From Atractiella rhizophila (lineage: Eukaryota), in NCBI GenBank assembly GCA_021432655.1, contig MU271624.1, positions 1 through 38,243 on the forward strand: 38,243 nucleotides of DNA, read 5' to 3'. Below are positions 23,289-34,191 of this stretch, piece after piece. Both the position numbers and the translations under genes were made by a program. Every line of letters begins with the position of its first letter. The stretch's first letter is position 1. The notes under the pieces were generated by a model. It made no database searches. It saw only the letters and a program-made list of their open reading frames with translations, and was not told where the DNA came from.

Positions 23289-25985
23289 TATTGGTGCTAC
23301 TAGGCTCTACCACAATGGAAGTCACTGAGTTTGGGTACTGTTGTCGATTAACCTTTGAAGATGCATTCAATCGCCATTCAATGGACAACATGTGTACGCC
23401 CTGTGTCTTTGCCCTGGCTCTCAAACTTTTCTAACCAATGCATCATTGGTAAACATCAGGATATGAATATTGAAACGAGACGCGTGGTCCAGTCAAATTC
23501 AGTCAACAATTCGTGGATGGATTGAACTGAAAGAACGTTGGGTTCGCGCAATTTCCGATGATTGTTTCTAAACGGCTACTCTCAGCTGTCATTGTTCAAG
23601 TTGTTTGTGGAAGACTGAGGAAGAATAACCTTGGTATGCAGTCGCTTGCCGAGACCGGACCCAGTGCAAACGAATATACATCCTCGCGTTATGATTTATT
23701 GATTTATTCATAATGAACGTGTGCCGGACTGTGCAGAGAACCTTTTAGCTCCAGCCTGCCGATTCCGCGATCCGACTTTGCTGCTAAGCAGCCGGCGCTT
23801 CTGTCTCGACAAGTACCTTCTCAGAACTCTATTGCATGTTTGCTTCATTTCAACTTTGGTTCTTCAGCTGGTAAACTTGATGTTTTCGTTGTGCATGAAA
23901 TCTCACGTGAAAATGGTGGCATGAACTAACCTTTTCATGTTAGAAATCCTTTGAAGTTGTCTTCGATATTTCAAGACGAATGAGGTCTGGTTGTAATATC
24001 CAGAGCAAGGTGGCAACCTCTACAATTTTTTTGGAGGAATTACCGACCTGTTATTGCACTTTTTCGTTCAGAGCAGAGAGAAAGGGGCGAGGAACGCAGT
24101 CGAGTCAAGTTCGCTTGCAAGAAGCAGTTTCAGCAACTGCTCGATAGGGAGATTCCAGTTTAGCGACACATCGAACAGGCAGTTTGCTATGTCTGAACAA
24201 CGCACTTTCTTATATTCTTTAATGTCCGTTCTGTCCTCCGTTCAATGATCGGTACACAAAAAGCGACTCGCATTAGACCCCTGCACGTCCTCCCTCGGGA
24301 GTACTGCTGCAGGCGTAGGTAGTTGCATGGAAACTAATGCTGACAAGCCACACCGAGACAGCTTTGATGGGAATTTATGCTGGGTGAGGGTTTGTCGGAG
24401 GCGGTCTGAGGGAAGGGATTCTAAATATCCTTAGAAACCGTTCAAATTGATAAGCATTGTTTTTGTGCGTATCATTAGATGCAAATATCTTCCTCGTGTT
24501 CCCCTCTTGTGAAAATCTTATGGTCGACAGGGGATATGATGCAATTTTGCAGGATTCTTTAATTTTTGTTCAGCGTTAACCTCAGAGCTGTCTAGGAAGT
24601 TCCCAACGCGTATTAGGATTGCAGCATGCAGCCTTGATGGTACTTCCTTTCTATTATTTAATCTACAATGTTTTTCTCTGGTATGCAGATGCTCGAACTG
24701 GATGTAACATGCTGGAGTGTGAGCGGTAGGCAACTATGGCAGAACGCCTGAGGAGTGCTCCGAACTCAGAACTGGCTGAACAGTCACGCATTCTTCACTC
24801 CTACATTGATATTTCGCAGTTGCCCGTCCGAGTCCCGTACGGCAATTGATCTGTGATCTGAGCAGATCTTGCAAGAGTCAGCTGCTGATTTCTTCATTAG
24901 TAACCGAACTGTCACCTAATTGCAAGATCCTAGTGTGATTTCCTAGTTTGAAAAGCTAACGAAGGACCAGGTTGTCAACGTGGCATTATGTCACAATTGG
25001 ACTGAGCGCCGAAAGGAAGGCGGCTGGTTAGCCTGGTTGATCGTGGGATGCCAAATAAACGCATGATGCAGACCTTCTCATGTTATTTACATCATTAGGG
25101 TCAAGACGTTTGATCTTCAGTGACACACATTATTTGCTCCCGCACCTGCCCAAAAGTGACATCCAATGCAATGAGTTGTTTCATTGCCCGCATTTAAAAA
25201 CCGCCATTGACTGGGACTCTGCCTTTGACTTGAATACCATCGTTTCAACCTCAATGGTTGGCCGGGGCTGGCAGGATGGCCCAACATCAAGAGACTCTAG
25301 AGCTCGAACTGCATCACCAGCTAAAAAGGTGGAATGTAACGGAAGCCGGGTCTGTGAAGGGTTCGGATAGGAACGAACCAGGACAAGGTGGGTGCTGATC
25401 TCCTCAAGGTTTAAATAAACAGAAGCAGACGGTGTCGAGGGCGAACGCTGAGGATTTTTTATTGTTGTATGGTTGGAAGTTGTCCACGTCCAACTTCAGC
25501 TTCAGCTTCAGTTTTCGGTTAATTCAGCCCTTCCTGACGATCTGCAGTAATCTCTTCTAATGTGCAGATAAACTTCGAAAACATTAACAAACTTTCTTAG
25601 CACGAAGGAGACAAAATGTTAAAACCAATTTTCAACAACTTAAAAAACTTTAAGCATTATACAGAGAACCATTTTCGTTTTAGCTCGCAATGAAGAGCTA
25701 GAATTATGCTGTTGGTACACAAAGATGGCTTTGATCGATGTTGATGCAGCGCAGATGGTGAAAGCACCCTGAAGCACGGACTGTTTTGAGATTGTTGTGC
25801 ATTTGTTTTCGCGTCGCTTACAAGGCACTTTAGCGACGCTAAACAGCAGAACAATAGACATATCCCTCGCTTGCAACCTTCGGGACTTTTAGATTTGCTG
25901 GCATCGCGTGTTGTTAAAATATAAGATGTCACGAACTCTATATCGTTCGTTCACCCCCACAGCGTCTTAATTCTTCAGACTTACG

Positions 25986-27956
25986 ATGCTGCCTACACTT
26001 CTTGGGGAAGAAGGAGGGCCTGGTAGGGGGGGTGCTACTCTTTCTTCCAGACGGGGGTCCAAACCACGTTTTTCTCGCAGTAAGAAAGGTTGGTTCTTGA
26101 TCGAAGTTGCCACTTGAACCAGCGACTGACCATTGGTTCTGAATACTTCAGGTTGCTTGACTTGCCGACAACGTCGGGTAAAATGTGGCGAAGAAAAGCC
26201 TGAATGTGCGAATTGCGGACGGCTATACCTCAACTGTGTCTATCCAAAGACCCCTGAACCTGCAACTCAGGATCTCACAGACCAAGACCAACAGTCCGAT
26301 TCTCAAGCAGCAGCCTCCTCCCAACCACCTGCGCAGCCGACTTCTCAAAAAGCTTCAACATCATCTCAGGTGCCAGACCAGAATCTCCACATCTCTCAAC
26401 CATCATCCTCGTCCACTGTTCGTTCGAGCGCTCTCCCGATCGCTCCCAAAGGCACATCGCGCGGTCCACCAAAAGGTCAACGAGACTCGGTTAACCGGCC
26501 TATGCAGTCCACATCGAAGACGGAACAACCCATCCCGCCACTCGCACAAACCGCACCGGGATCCTCTTCACTCTCGCATGAGGAAGTCGAAAAGCAAGGT
26601 GGTGTATTCCCACAAGAACGACCAATCCAATTATCAGTTCAAGACGCCAGTCTCATTCGACACTTCCTAGACGTCCTTGCACCGACAGCCAAAGCTATTG
26701 AACCTCGACAGCCCAATATTCTTCTCGAACTGTTTGGAGCCTCCCTCTTCTGCGCTCCACTTCATGATGGTGAGCGGATATTCAAAATAACAGGGCTGAC
26801 ACTTAGGAATAGGGCTCATTGCGTATTCTGCGCTCCATCTCAGCAGGCGGACAGATCGACCTGATCTCCTGAATATCGCTCATTCTAAACATCAGAGGTC
26901 TTTGATGCTTCTCAAGTACCCTTGGGATAGTTCCGCTGCCTCGCTTAACATTGATCTCATTCTTCCGACTTTGGTCATTTACGCTCTATGGGAGGTCAGC
27001 AACGGGACTACTTCTCAAGCAATGGACCTAGTTTTCGACATGGCAAGAGAAGCACTAGCTCTCACAAACAATACCTTTGCGACCTTGTCTTCCATCGCTC
27101 AATCCAGCGCTATTATTCTCGCTCGCCTTTGCCTTACCTCATCCTCCTTCGGAGCTAGGGTGCCAAAATTCGCGCATTGGCTCCTGCAGCCTACTTTCGG
27201 AACTTCAGTAGGTGAAAACCTTACCGTCGACGTTCCTTCTGAGTACATAGACTGGTTACAGTGAGGCAATTGTTTATTCGCGATCAGCGTTGACATTAAA
27301 GGGATAATATAGACTTTATCAATTTGCAGTTCGAGCCTCGATGCTCGATCGCGAACTGCAATCCCTTCGCAGCTCCTTCGCGACCACAGAGCAATTTGAC
27401 GTCGTGATCCAAGGGGGCAAGACCATACTTCAAAGTATGACTTCGTTCAAGGACCAACTGGAGAGCGGCGACAATCTCCAGCAGATTTATGACATCGCCA
27501 ACGTCCCAATCGTTTCTGTCAATTTTACCCCCGACTTGCTCAACCTCCTCTACAAATCAGTGTTTTTCAACTCTCTCGTCATTTATCTCAGCCGAATTAT
27601 CCACATTCGACCCGACGGTCTTTATAGTTCGAAAATTGTAACAGCTGCAGCGAGGATAGCCCAATCTGGAGAGGAGCCTTCATACCATATCTTCCCTCGT
27701 TGCTTGTTTTTAGCAGGGTTGGAAGCTCGCAACTCCCAGGATGTAAGTGCCCTTCCCCATGAACTATGCTTTACTGATGCCTTACAATCTCCAGTATCAC
27801 TGGATATCGGCTTGCTTCGACCGTATGGCTTCCGCTGGTTGGATCTCTACCAAACCAAAGCAGCTTATGGACCAAATCCGTGAGGAAGAAACCAAATCTG
27901 GACGAATGCAGTTGGCGGAAACCATCCTACGATCCGAGCATTTGGTTGTTTTGTGA
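25986..27956 (+). CDS. Zn(II)2Cys6 fungal transcription factor, multi-exon
   Basis: RSKKG|CLTCRQRRVKCGEEKPECANCGRLYLNCVYP with a phase-1 intron at G, followed by a helical fungal-TF-specific-like region ending ...FPRCLFLAGLEA. Confidence 0.9.
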
Positions 27957-28408
27957 TTGTGATATTGAATGTGACAAAGTTGTGCACCGTAGGTCTCAGC
28001 ACTTCTGTTTGTATTAGTTCTGCTTGTTTGCTACGTAACAGGCTATTGGTAGGTTAGTCGCAGTGAAGTATATCTCATATGTAAATAGTACACGGTGACA
28101 AGTTCCCAATGGTTGATAGACTCTAAAGTTTCTCTTGGTTCGGAAACGGTGCATCCTCAGGCTGTCCCGAGTCAGACAGTCCAACCAGCAGGGTTCAAGT
28201 TGTAAAACCTTCGCATCGATCGACGGGCCACCTAGGAAGCTTCATCCGACTTTATGGTGTAGTAACAGGACGTTTAGATCCTTTAGATCATCTCTAGACA
28301 CAGTTAAACGAGGAACATTGTAGCGTGGCCAAGCCACGAAGTTAAGATACGAGTCAACGCTCCCTGGCCTACACACCACGTCCACTCAAACGCTCCCTTC
28401 GCAACGTC

Positions 28409-29992
28409 ATGGCTACTCTGAGCTCCGAGATCGGCATATCTTCCGCTGGACATCAGAAGCGTTTGGAACGGGAGAGGAAACGAGAGGAAAAGAGGACAGC
28501 TCAGAAGATTGCAGAAGCATCTGAACCCCCTCCTTCGATAAAGAGGGAATGGGAAGATATACCGAAACTGTCAATGGATGGAGAATCGGGAGATTATGAC
28601 ACCTGGAAGTTGAAGATTGTCAGTTGGAATGTGAGTCTCCGTCCCTTTCGCTCCAATCCTCGCTGATAACGTGGATCACAGGCTTTGGCGCAGGCACTGA
28701 TTAAGAGGGAGCTATTTCCAGGATCTGATTGTTTGCGGTGGAATCAACGAGGACCCTTTATCATGAAAGAGGTCTTGCAGCACTCTCCAAGCGTTGCTTG
28801 CCTACAGGTTTGTAGTTAGTCTCGGTGTTATCATCCTTTTGATGTTTCGAAGGAAGTAGATTCAGATCGATTGGCTTCTACCCATTCTGCAACCTTGCGT
28901 TCAGCGGGATACTCCTACGCTTTCACTACTGGATATGAGAAGAAGCATCACGGTCTACTCGTCGCCTGGAAGGACTCCGAATTCTCAAAGATGTCTGAGA
29001 AAGTCGTTCTTCTAGATGATTTCGAGATTGAGCCTGGGAGGAAAGGAGGAAGTCGGACGACGAGGAATCTCGCTCTGTTGGTTGCGCTTAAAAGGACCAA
29101 TGGAGAAGGAGGGATAGTGGTGTCAAATACCCATCTGTTCTGGCACCCGTCTTACGTTTACGAAAGGGCCAGACAGTGTGGCATCATCGTGAGAGCCGCG
29201 AGAGAATTTCGAGAGACGGAACTTGGAGGGAAGTCGTGGCCTTGCGTTTTAGCGGGGGGTTCGTGATGTGGATCTTTCGCTTGTCATCCTAATAAAGCTG
29301 GCGATAGACTTCAACGTTCAGCCATCAGAGATCGCGTATTCCCTCCTCGCAGGCACATCCTGTTCTTCTCTCACCGAAACCCAAGTGTCTGAATTCGAAA
29401 GCTCTCGAATCATCCATGTTTCCCTAGATCCTCCATATCCTCCACACCCCAAACTACCATGGATGCGGAAGAAGACGACACAGATCGAGTCCTCTCCAAC
29501 TTCCGTCCCGCCAAGGTCAGCGACAAGCTGCTCACTCTCGAAGAGATCGTCCAACTGTACGGCGGTCTACGATTGAAGTCGAGCTACGGATCATACCATC
29601 ACCTCCTCCCGTCTAACAACGCCTTTCTCCCGCAAAATATGCCTTCCCGCCATCTCTCTTCCCCCTTCTTCTTCAATCGTATTGGAGGAAATGGAATGGT
29701 TTATCGGGATAGTGCCTCCCTCCCCTCGCAATCTTCCGAGTCTGACGATACCTCAAATGCGAAACTTCCTTTTCCGCATGAGAGGCCAGGAGCGTTCGAG
29801 CCTTCTTTTACAAACTTCACGCCGTTGTGGAGATGCACTCTGGACTACATCTTTGTGGAATGTGACGGCAGGCGGCGCGTCGCGTCCCTCATGACCATTC
29901 CCCCAGCTGGAAGCCTTGAGCCTGGGCTGCCGAGGAAAGGGGTTGGCATATCAGACCACATCCCAATAGGAGCTGTCTGGGAGATAACCTAG
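28409..29992 (+). CDS. NGL2: Ngl2/Angel-type CCR4-family EEP nuclease/phosphatase, with an apparent frameshift near 29430
   Basis: IVSWN|ALAQALIKRELFPGSDCLRW, ACLQ|EVD, NTHLFWHP, ERARQ, LAG|DFN, FTNFTP, TLDYIF and SDHIPI: the full EEP catalytic motif set without LRRs. Confidence 0.85.
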
Positions 29993-30231
29993 ACAAATGA
30001 GAAAGGTTAACGATAACGTTGCAGTGAGGTGAGGTCGGTGGCTAGGACTCTTGAAATACAATTCTTCTTCATTGATTCGTCAACTGCGAACAAAGGCTAT
30101 GAACAATTTTTCAACGACTCATCATCAGAGAAAACCAGGCAGCCGAACTCAGGCATGAAATACGCAGCGGAAATATAGCTAATAGAAAAGTATCGAAATA
30201 TGGACACAAATTCATATCCAGAAACGGGAAA

Positions 30232-30995
30232 CTAGTACTCATGCTGTTGCTGTTGGCAATCAGGACAAGTGTGAGTATGATGCTGACACTGTGTAAGCTT
30301 TGCAGACAGATCTTGACGCATTACGTCTCTTTCGTATCTGAGATTATCCACGATAGTCTTCAGTTTGATATTTTCGTTCGTCAATTGCTCGACCTCTGAG
30401 TAACATGAGTTAACACGGAAGTAAGAAAACTGAAAGCTACGCACTCCCTGACAAGTTGTCAATCCATGCCTTCTTTTTCTTTCGTGACTTAGCAGCGGAT
30501 ACTCGATTTTTGGCAAGGCGTTCTTCTCGCGTTTCGGTGTACTTCTGAGGTAAAGTCCCCGATTTCTTCTTTTGTGAGCTTGAGCTCTTCTTCTGTTATC
30601 CGCAGACACCGTGAGAAAAGGAAACTGGAAGAGCCACGAGCGTACCTCGCTGTAATCCGACCCAGAGTCTGATGCAGGCGAAGGAGCAGGGGATGGAGAC
30701 GAATCCATATGTGCGACAGGATTTGGATAAGAGGGCGATTGAGCAATCGTATCGTACTCTGACGAGGGGGGTAGAGGAGGGAGGAAGCCTAAGAAACGAC
30801 ATTATTTTTTCTGACCCACCAGACCGGCAAACAAGGACATTGATTGGACTTGCCTAGAAAAGGGTTTCCGTATGAGCTCGTGGAGGCTTGGAAAGCGGAA
30901 GGTGGCAAGCCAGCCTGAAAACTCGATCGTTGCAGCGCGTGCAAATTGGCTGCGAACGCGTCTTCGTTTAACAGCTGTGGACTTTCGAACATCAT
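30232..30995 (-). CDS. bZIP transcription factor A (ATF/CREB-like basic region), 4 exons
   Basis: The spliced product contains TLPQKYTETREERLAKNRVSAAKSRKKKKAWIDNLSG|KVEQLTNENIKLKTIVDNLRYERDVMRQDL...HTHTCPDC. The basic region is not shown in the ORF track. Confidence 0.88.
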
Positions 30996-31161
30996 GACAA
31001 GAGGTGGATCGACGAGTTGGGTCAGGTTGGATCAGGTCGTTAAGCGTCGAGAGAGGGGGGCAGCCGTCGCTCAGTTGACGAAAGCTGGGGCAAAAAAGGG
31101 CCATCGCCGCAGGGGAAGAATGGTAAAGAGGAAATTTAAGCGACGCTTCGCAGCGGGTCCG

Positions 31162-31196
31162 TTTGACGTCAAATGACAAGAAACTTTGTGACGTAA
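31162..31196. promoter_or_regulatory. CRE-type elements: TTTGACGTCAAA palindrome (31162-31173) and TGACGTAA (31189-31196)
   Basis: Exact CRE octamer plus a one-mismatch variant, 170-200 bp upstream of bZIP A. Confidence 0.5.
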
Positions 31197-32063
31197 CCGA
31201 TGAAGTGTTGAAACACAGGCCCATCCAGGCCCTCGGCATTGGATTGTTTTCGAGATAAGGATTGGCCGGAAAAGAAGCGCGCTGCTGTCAACCTTGAACT
31301 CGACTTTGCGGCATCGAGATCTGTCAGATCTGTCGCAGCTTGGCGATGAGCATTTAGGGGAGCAACCTTCGTGGAGAATAACTTCAAGGCAAGTCCTTCA
31401 AAACTTCTACATCCACATCCAAGTCCCCAGCAACTTTCCAGGGCCATGTCGTCAACTCAACTGTCGAAAAACCTCGATCCCTGGACACTGTTCTAAACGT
31501 CGCTTTCCTGGAGATCTGTAATAAATCTCATAGGTTTTGACGCAGCTTCTTGATCAGAAGAAGCTTCAGATCACCTTGAATTCTGAATCACGTGACAGAT
31601 TACATGACCGTGGGTCAAACACCCTCTCGAAACGAAGCCAGGAATACAACATACAACATTCCTGTCCAAAGACGCTTCTGAAGAGCAGCAAAGCGACCCT
31701 GAATCTAAATCAAATGCAGGAGTCGTTGAACGCTGAAACGGGGTCCCGTTGGAGTATCTGAGACCGGTCGAGTAATTGTGGGAGGTTGTACTATCTCCTG
31801 TACAATATATATGCTAATGCGTAGTCATGATCGTGCGAAAAGCTGTGAAGCACGCGAAGTGTTGTTACAAATGCATTTATATCGAACCCAAATTGAGATA
31901 TTGAATTTTGGGGGTTTCAGTCCTCCATCCTTTCACGCTCCTACGCTTTGTTGGTCGTCATTTGCTCACAACCATAGTCACTTGTGAGAATCTTACGCAA
32001 CATCTTTCCTCCCAATCCACCGTGTTCACCCAATTTTGCGAGACGGAATACACAAAATCTGGG

Positions 32064-33327
32064 ATGTCGCTCCCCTCAAACGGTGGAGCCTGGCTGCCAG
32101 ATAGCGGGCTCGACCCGCGAGCCTACACCTTGAGCGGGGTTGTGGCTGCAACTGGACTTTGGGTTGATCAAAACCAGCCCCTCGATTCTGGGTTCCCCAA
32201 CTCAAACGGATACGCTAAAGCGCTACCTGAAGGCTCTCTTGGTGCGCAACAATCTTCCTCTTTTCCCTTCTCTTTCGCTCATACTAAGCTGAAGGCTTTG
32301 AGAAAGGCTCCTCACACAGTGCTCGCGACGAATTTTCGCATCCTGAATACTTTGGCACGGACATACGTTCCACAAGCACCATCGGAAACTCTTTGTCACC
32401 CTCCTTCATTTCTCCATTTCATTCTCACGTTCCTTGTGAGCAATCCTTCGACAGTCAGTTATTCGAAATGTCGACCCAGCAGCAAGCATTGAATGAGAGA
32501 CGCCAAGAGACTAATGACCGTCCGCCTATTTCTTACGTGGTTTCTCAAGACATGCCGAACGAGGGAACCAACCCTCAAGAGACGTCCTCTTTGGTTGGTG
32601 TCTTAGAGATATAATGTTCCCATACTGAAAGAAGTCGAGCTGCAGAACATGCCTCCCGTTCATTTCTACAACCCTTATCCCATAATCATAAATCAGATCG
32701 ATGCTTCGCCGACTGCTTTCACTCCACACCTCCCTCTTCCTGGACAAGATCTCAACACGTCATCTGTGCGCAATGTTCAAGATAGGGCTTGGGGCGAAGG
32801 TAATCGACAGCTCAGCTGGACAACGGGAGTGTCGTCCGAAGAGATCGCCGCGAGTTCAAATGAAGGAGACGAATCCCCTGGATTCGATGGTTCTCCCGAA
32901 GAGCAAAGCTTTCACGCTCAACTAGCAAGTCTCTTCCAATACTATCCTCTCTCGGATTGACTTGTTTGATCTAGATCCCACATCCAAACTCCTCTCCCAT
33001 CATGTATCGATCGAAAAAGCTTCCTCTTAAGCTCACAGAGACGCCGGAAGAAAGACGCCACAAAAATCGAATAAGCGCGACCAAGTCTCGTTTGAAGAAA
33101 AAGGTCTGGGTGGAAAACCTGACGGCTCGTAAGCAGCCTCCGTCCAAACATGATGACCAACTCTAGAGCTCATTTTGGCGAGTGCAGAAGTGCAGGAGCT
33201 CCATGGACAAAATGAAGGTCTCAAGTTGGTGATTGACAATTTAAAGTTGGAGAAGGAACAAATGCAGGAAGAATTAAACAAGAAGGAGCACCTCTGCTCT
33301 CGTTGCAAGAGGTGTGAAGAAAAATGA
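32064..33327 (+). CDS. bZIP transcription factor B, paralogue of A, about 5 exons
   Basis: The spliced C-terminus reads KLPLKLTETPEERRHKNRISATKSRLKKKVWVENLTA|QVQELHGQNEGLKLVIDNLKLEKEQMQEELNKKEHLCSRCKRCEEK-stop. The N-terminal exons are low-complexity and less certain. Confidence 0.85.
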
Positions 33328-33695
33328 AGAGGATGCGTCAAAAACGCCTCCTAAACAATGCATTCCGGTACGCCACTACTTCTCTCCCAAGATGTTTCAA
33401 GAGATGGTCTGAGGATGTGCTAGGGTTTTATCATAGGTATTAACGGTGTTGTCAAAGCATGTTATGTAGCGGCTCTCTCAGTCTCGGGTCAGTGGTTCTC
33501 AGTCTCAGCGTTCTCCACCCCATCGTCACCACCCTCATGATCGACGCTACGCGACGATTAACAAAACATTTGTATCTCTCCTCAGATTTTAACGGCAATT
33601 GTATACAATATCTCTGAGAGTCTGGCTCCTCCAACGCAGAAGTTACGTTCTGAAGCCTCCTTCTATACCCCAAATATACGGCTTTTCGGACGGAC

Positions 33696-33760
33696 CTTTC
33701 CAGCCCCATCCTATGACTTTTGCACCATCTTTCCAGCTTCATCCTAGGACTTTTACACCA
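33696..33760 (+). repeat. Two-copy 33-bp tandem repeat
   Basis: ctttccagccccatcctatgacttttgcacca / ctttccagcttcatcctaggacttttacacca. Confidence 0.8.
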
Positions 33761-34191
33761 CGGAATAGGAAGCATGTAAGCCAAACGTGCCGCATGGTGT
33801 CAACTAGCTTCAACTAACAAATTCATTATCATCACTGAAGTTAAACGCAGTGAATTTGGACGAAAATGCATCTTAGATCCCCAGATTTCGGGATTCATCT
33901 GAGGATACACAAGCGGCCTCAATAAAGCAAATGAACACCGAGTATTGAGAACCGATAAAGCTCCAATAAAGTAATCCAAACGAGGAAGTCATTTGAGCGT
34001 AGAACCGACCCACCAATTTCGCTGAGCTCTCTTTCTCGACACATTCCTCCTGATTGCGTTCTTTCCACATCAACCTCTTAAAGATTACCGTGCCTATGCT
34101 ATCCCAGCCCTTGATGATTGGTTTGCCACATCCCTCTTCAGAAATCGATTGAAGTTGGGATTCAGGGTGGCAATTTTAAGCGACGCGTCCG

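Noticed and set aside
23700..25930. Scattered short ORFs and intron-like signals in the long THOC7-Zn2Cys6 spacer
   Set aside because: No coherent gene model could be assembled. Treated as a divergent promoter region, though a decayed gene is not excluded.
30232..33327. Mating-type homeodomain (HD1/HD2) locus
   Set aside because: The layout is similar, but both proteins are bZIPs with no homeodomain WFxNxR motif.
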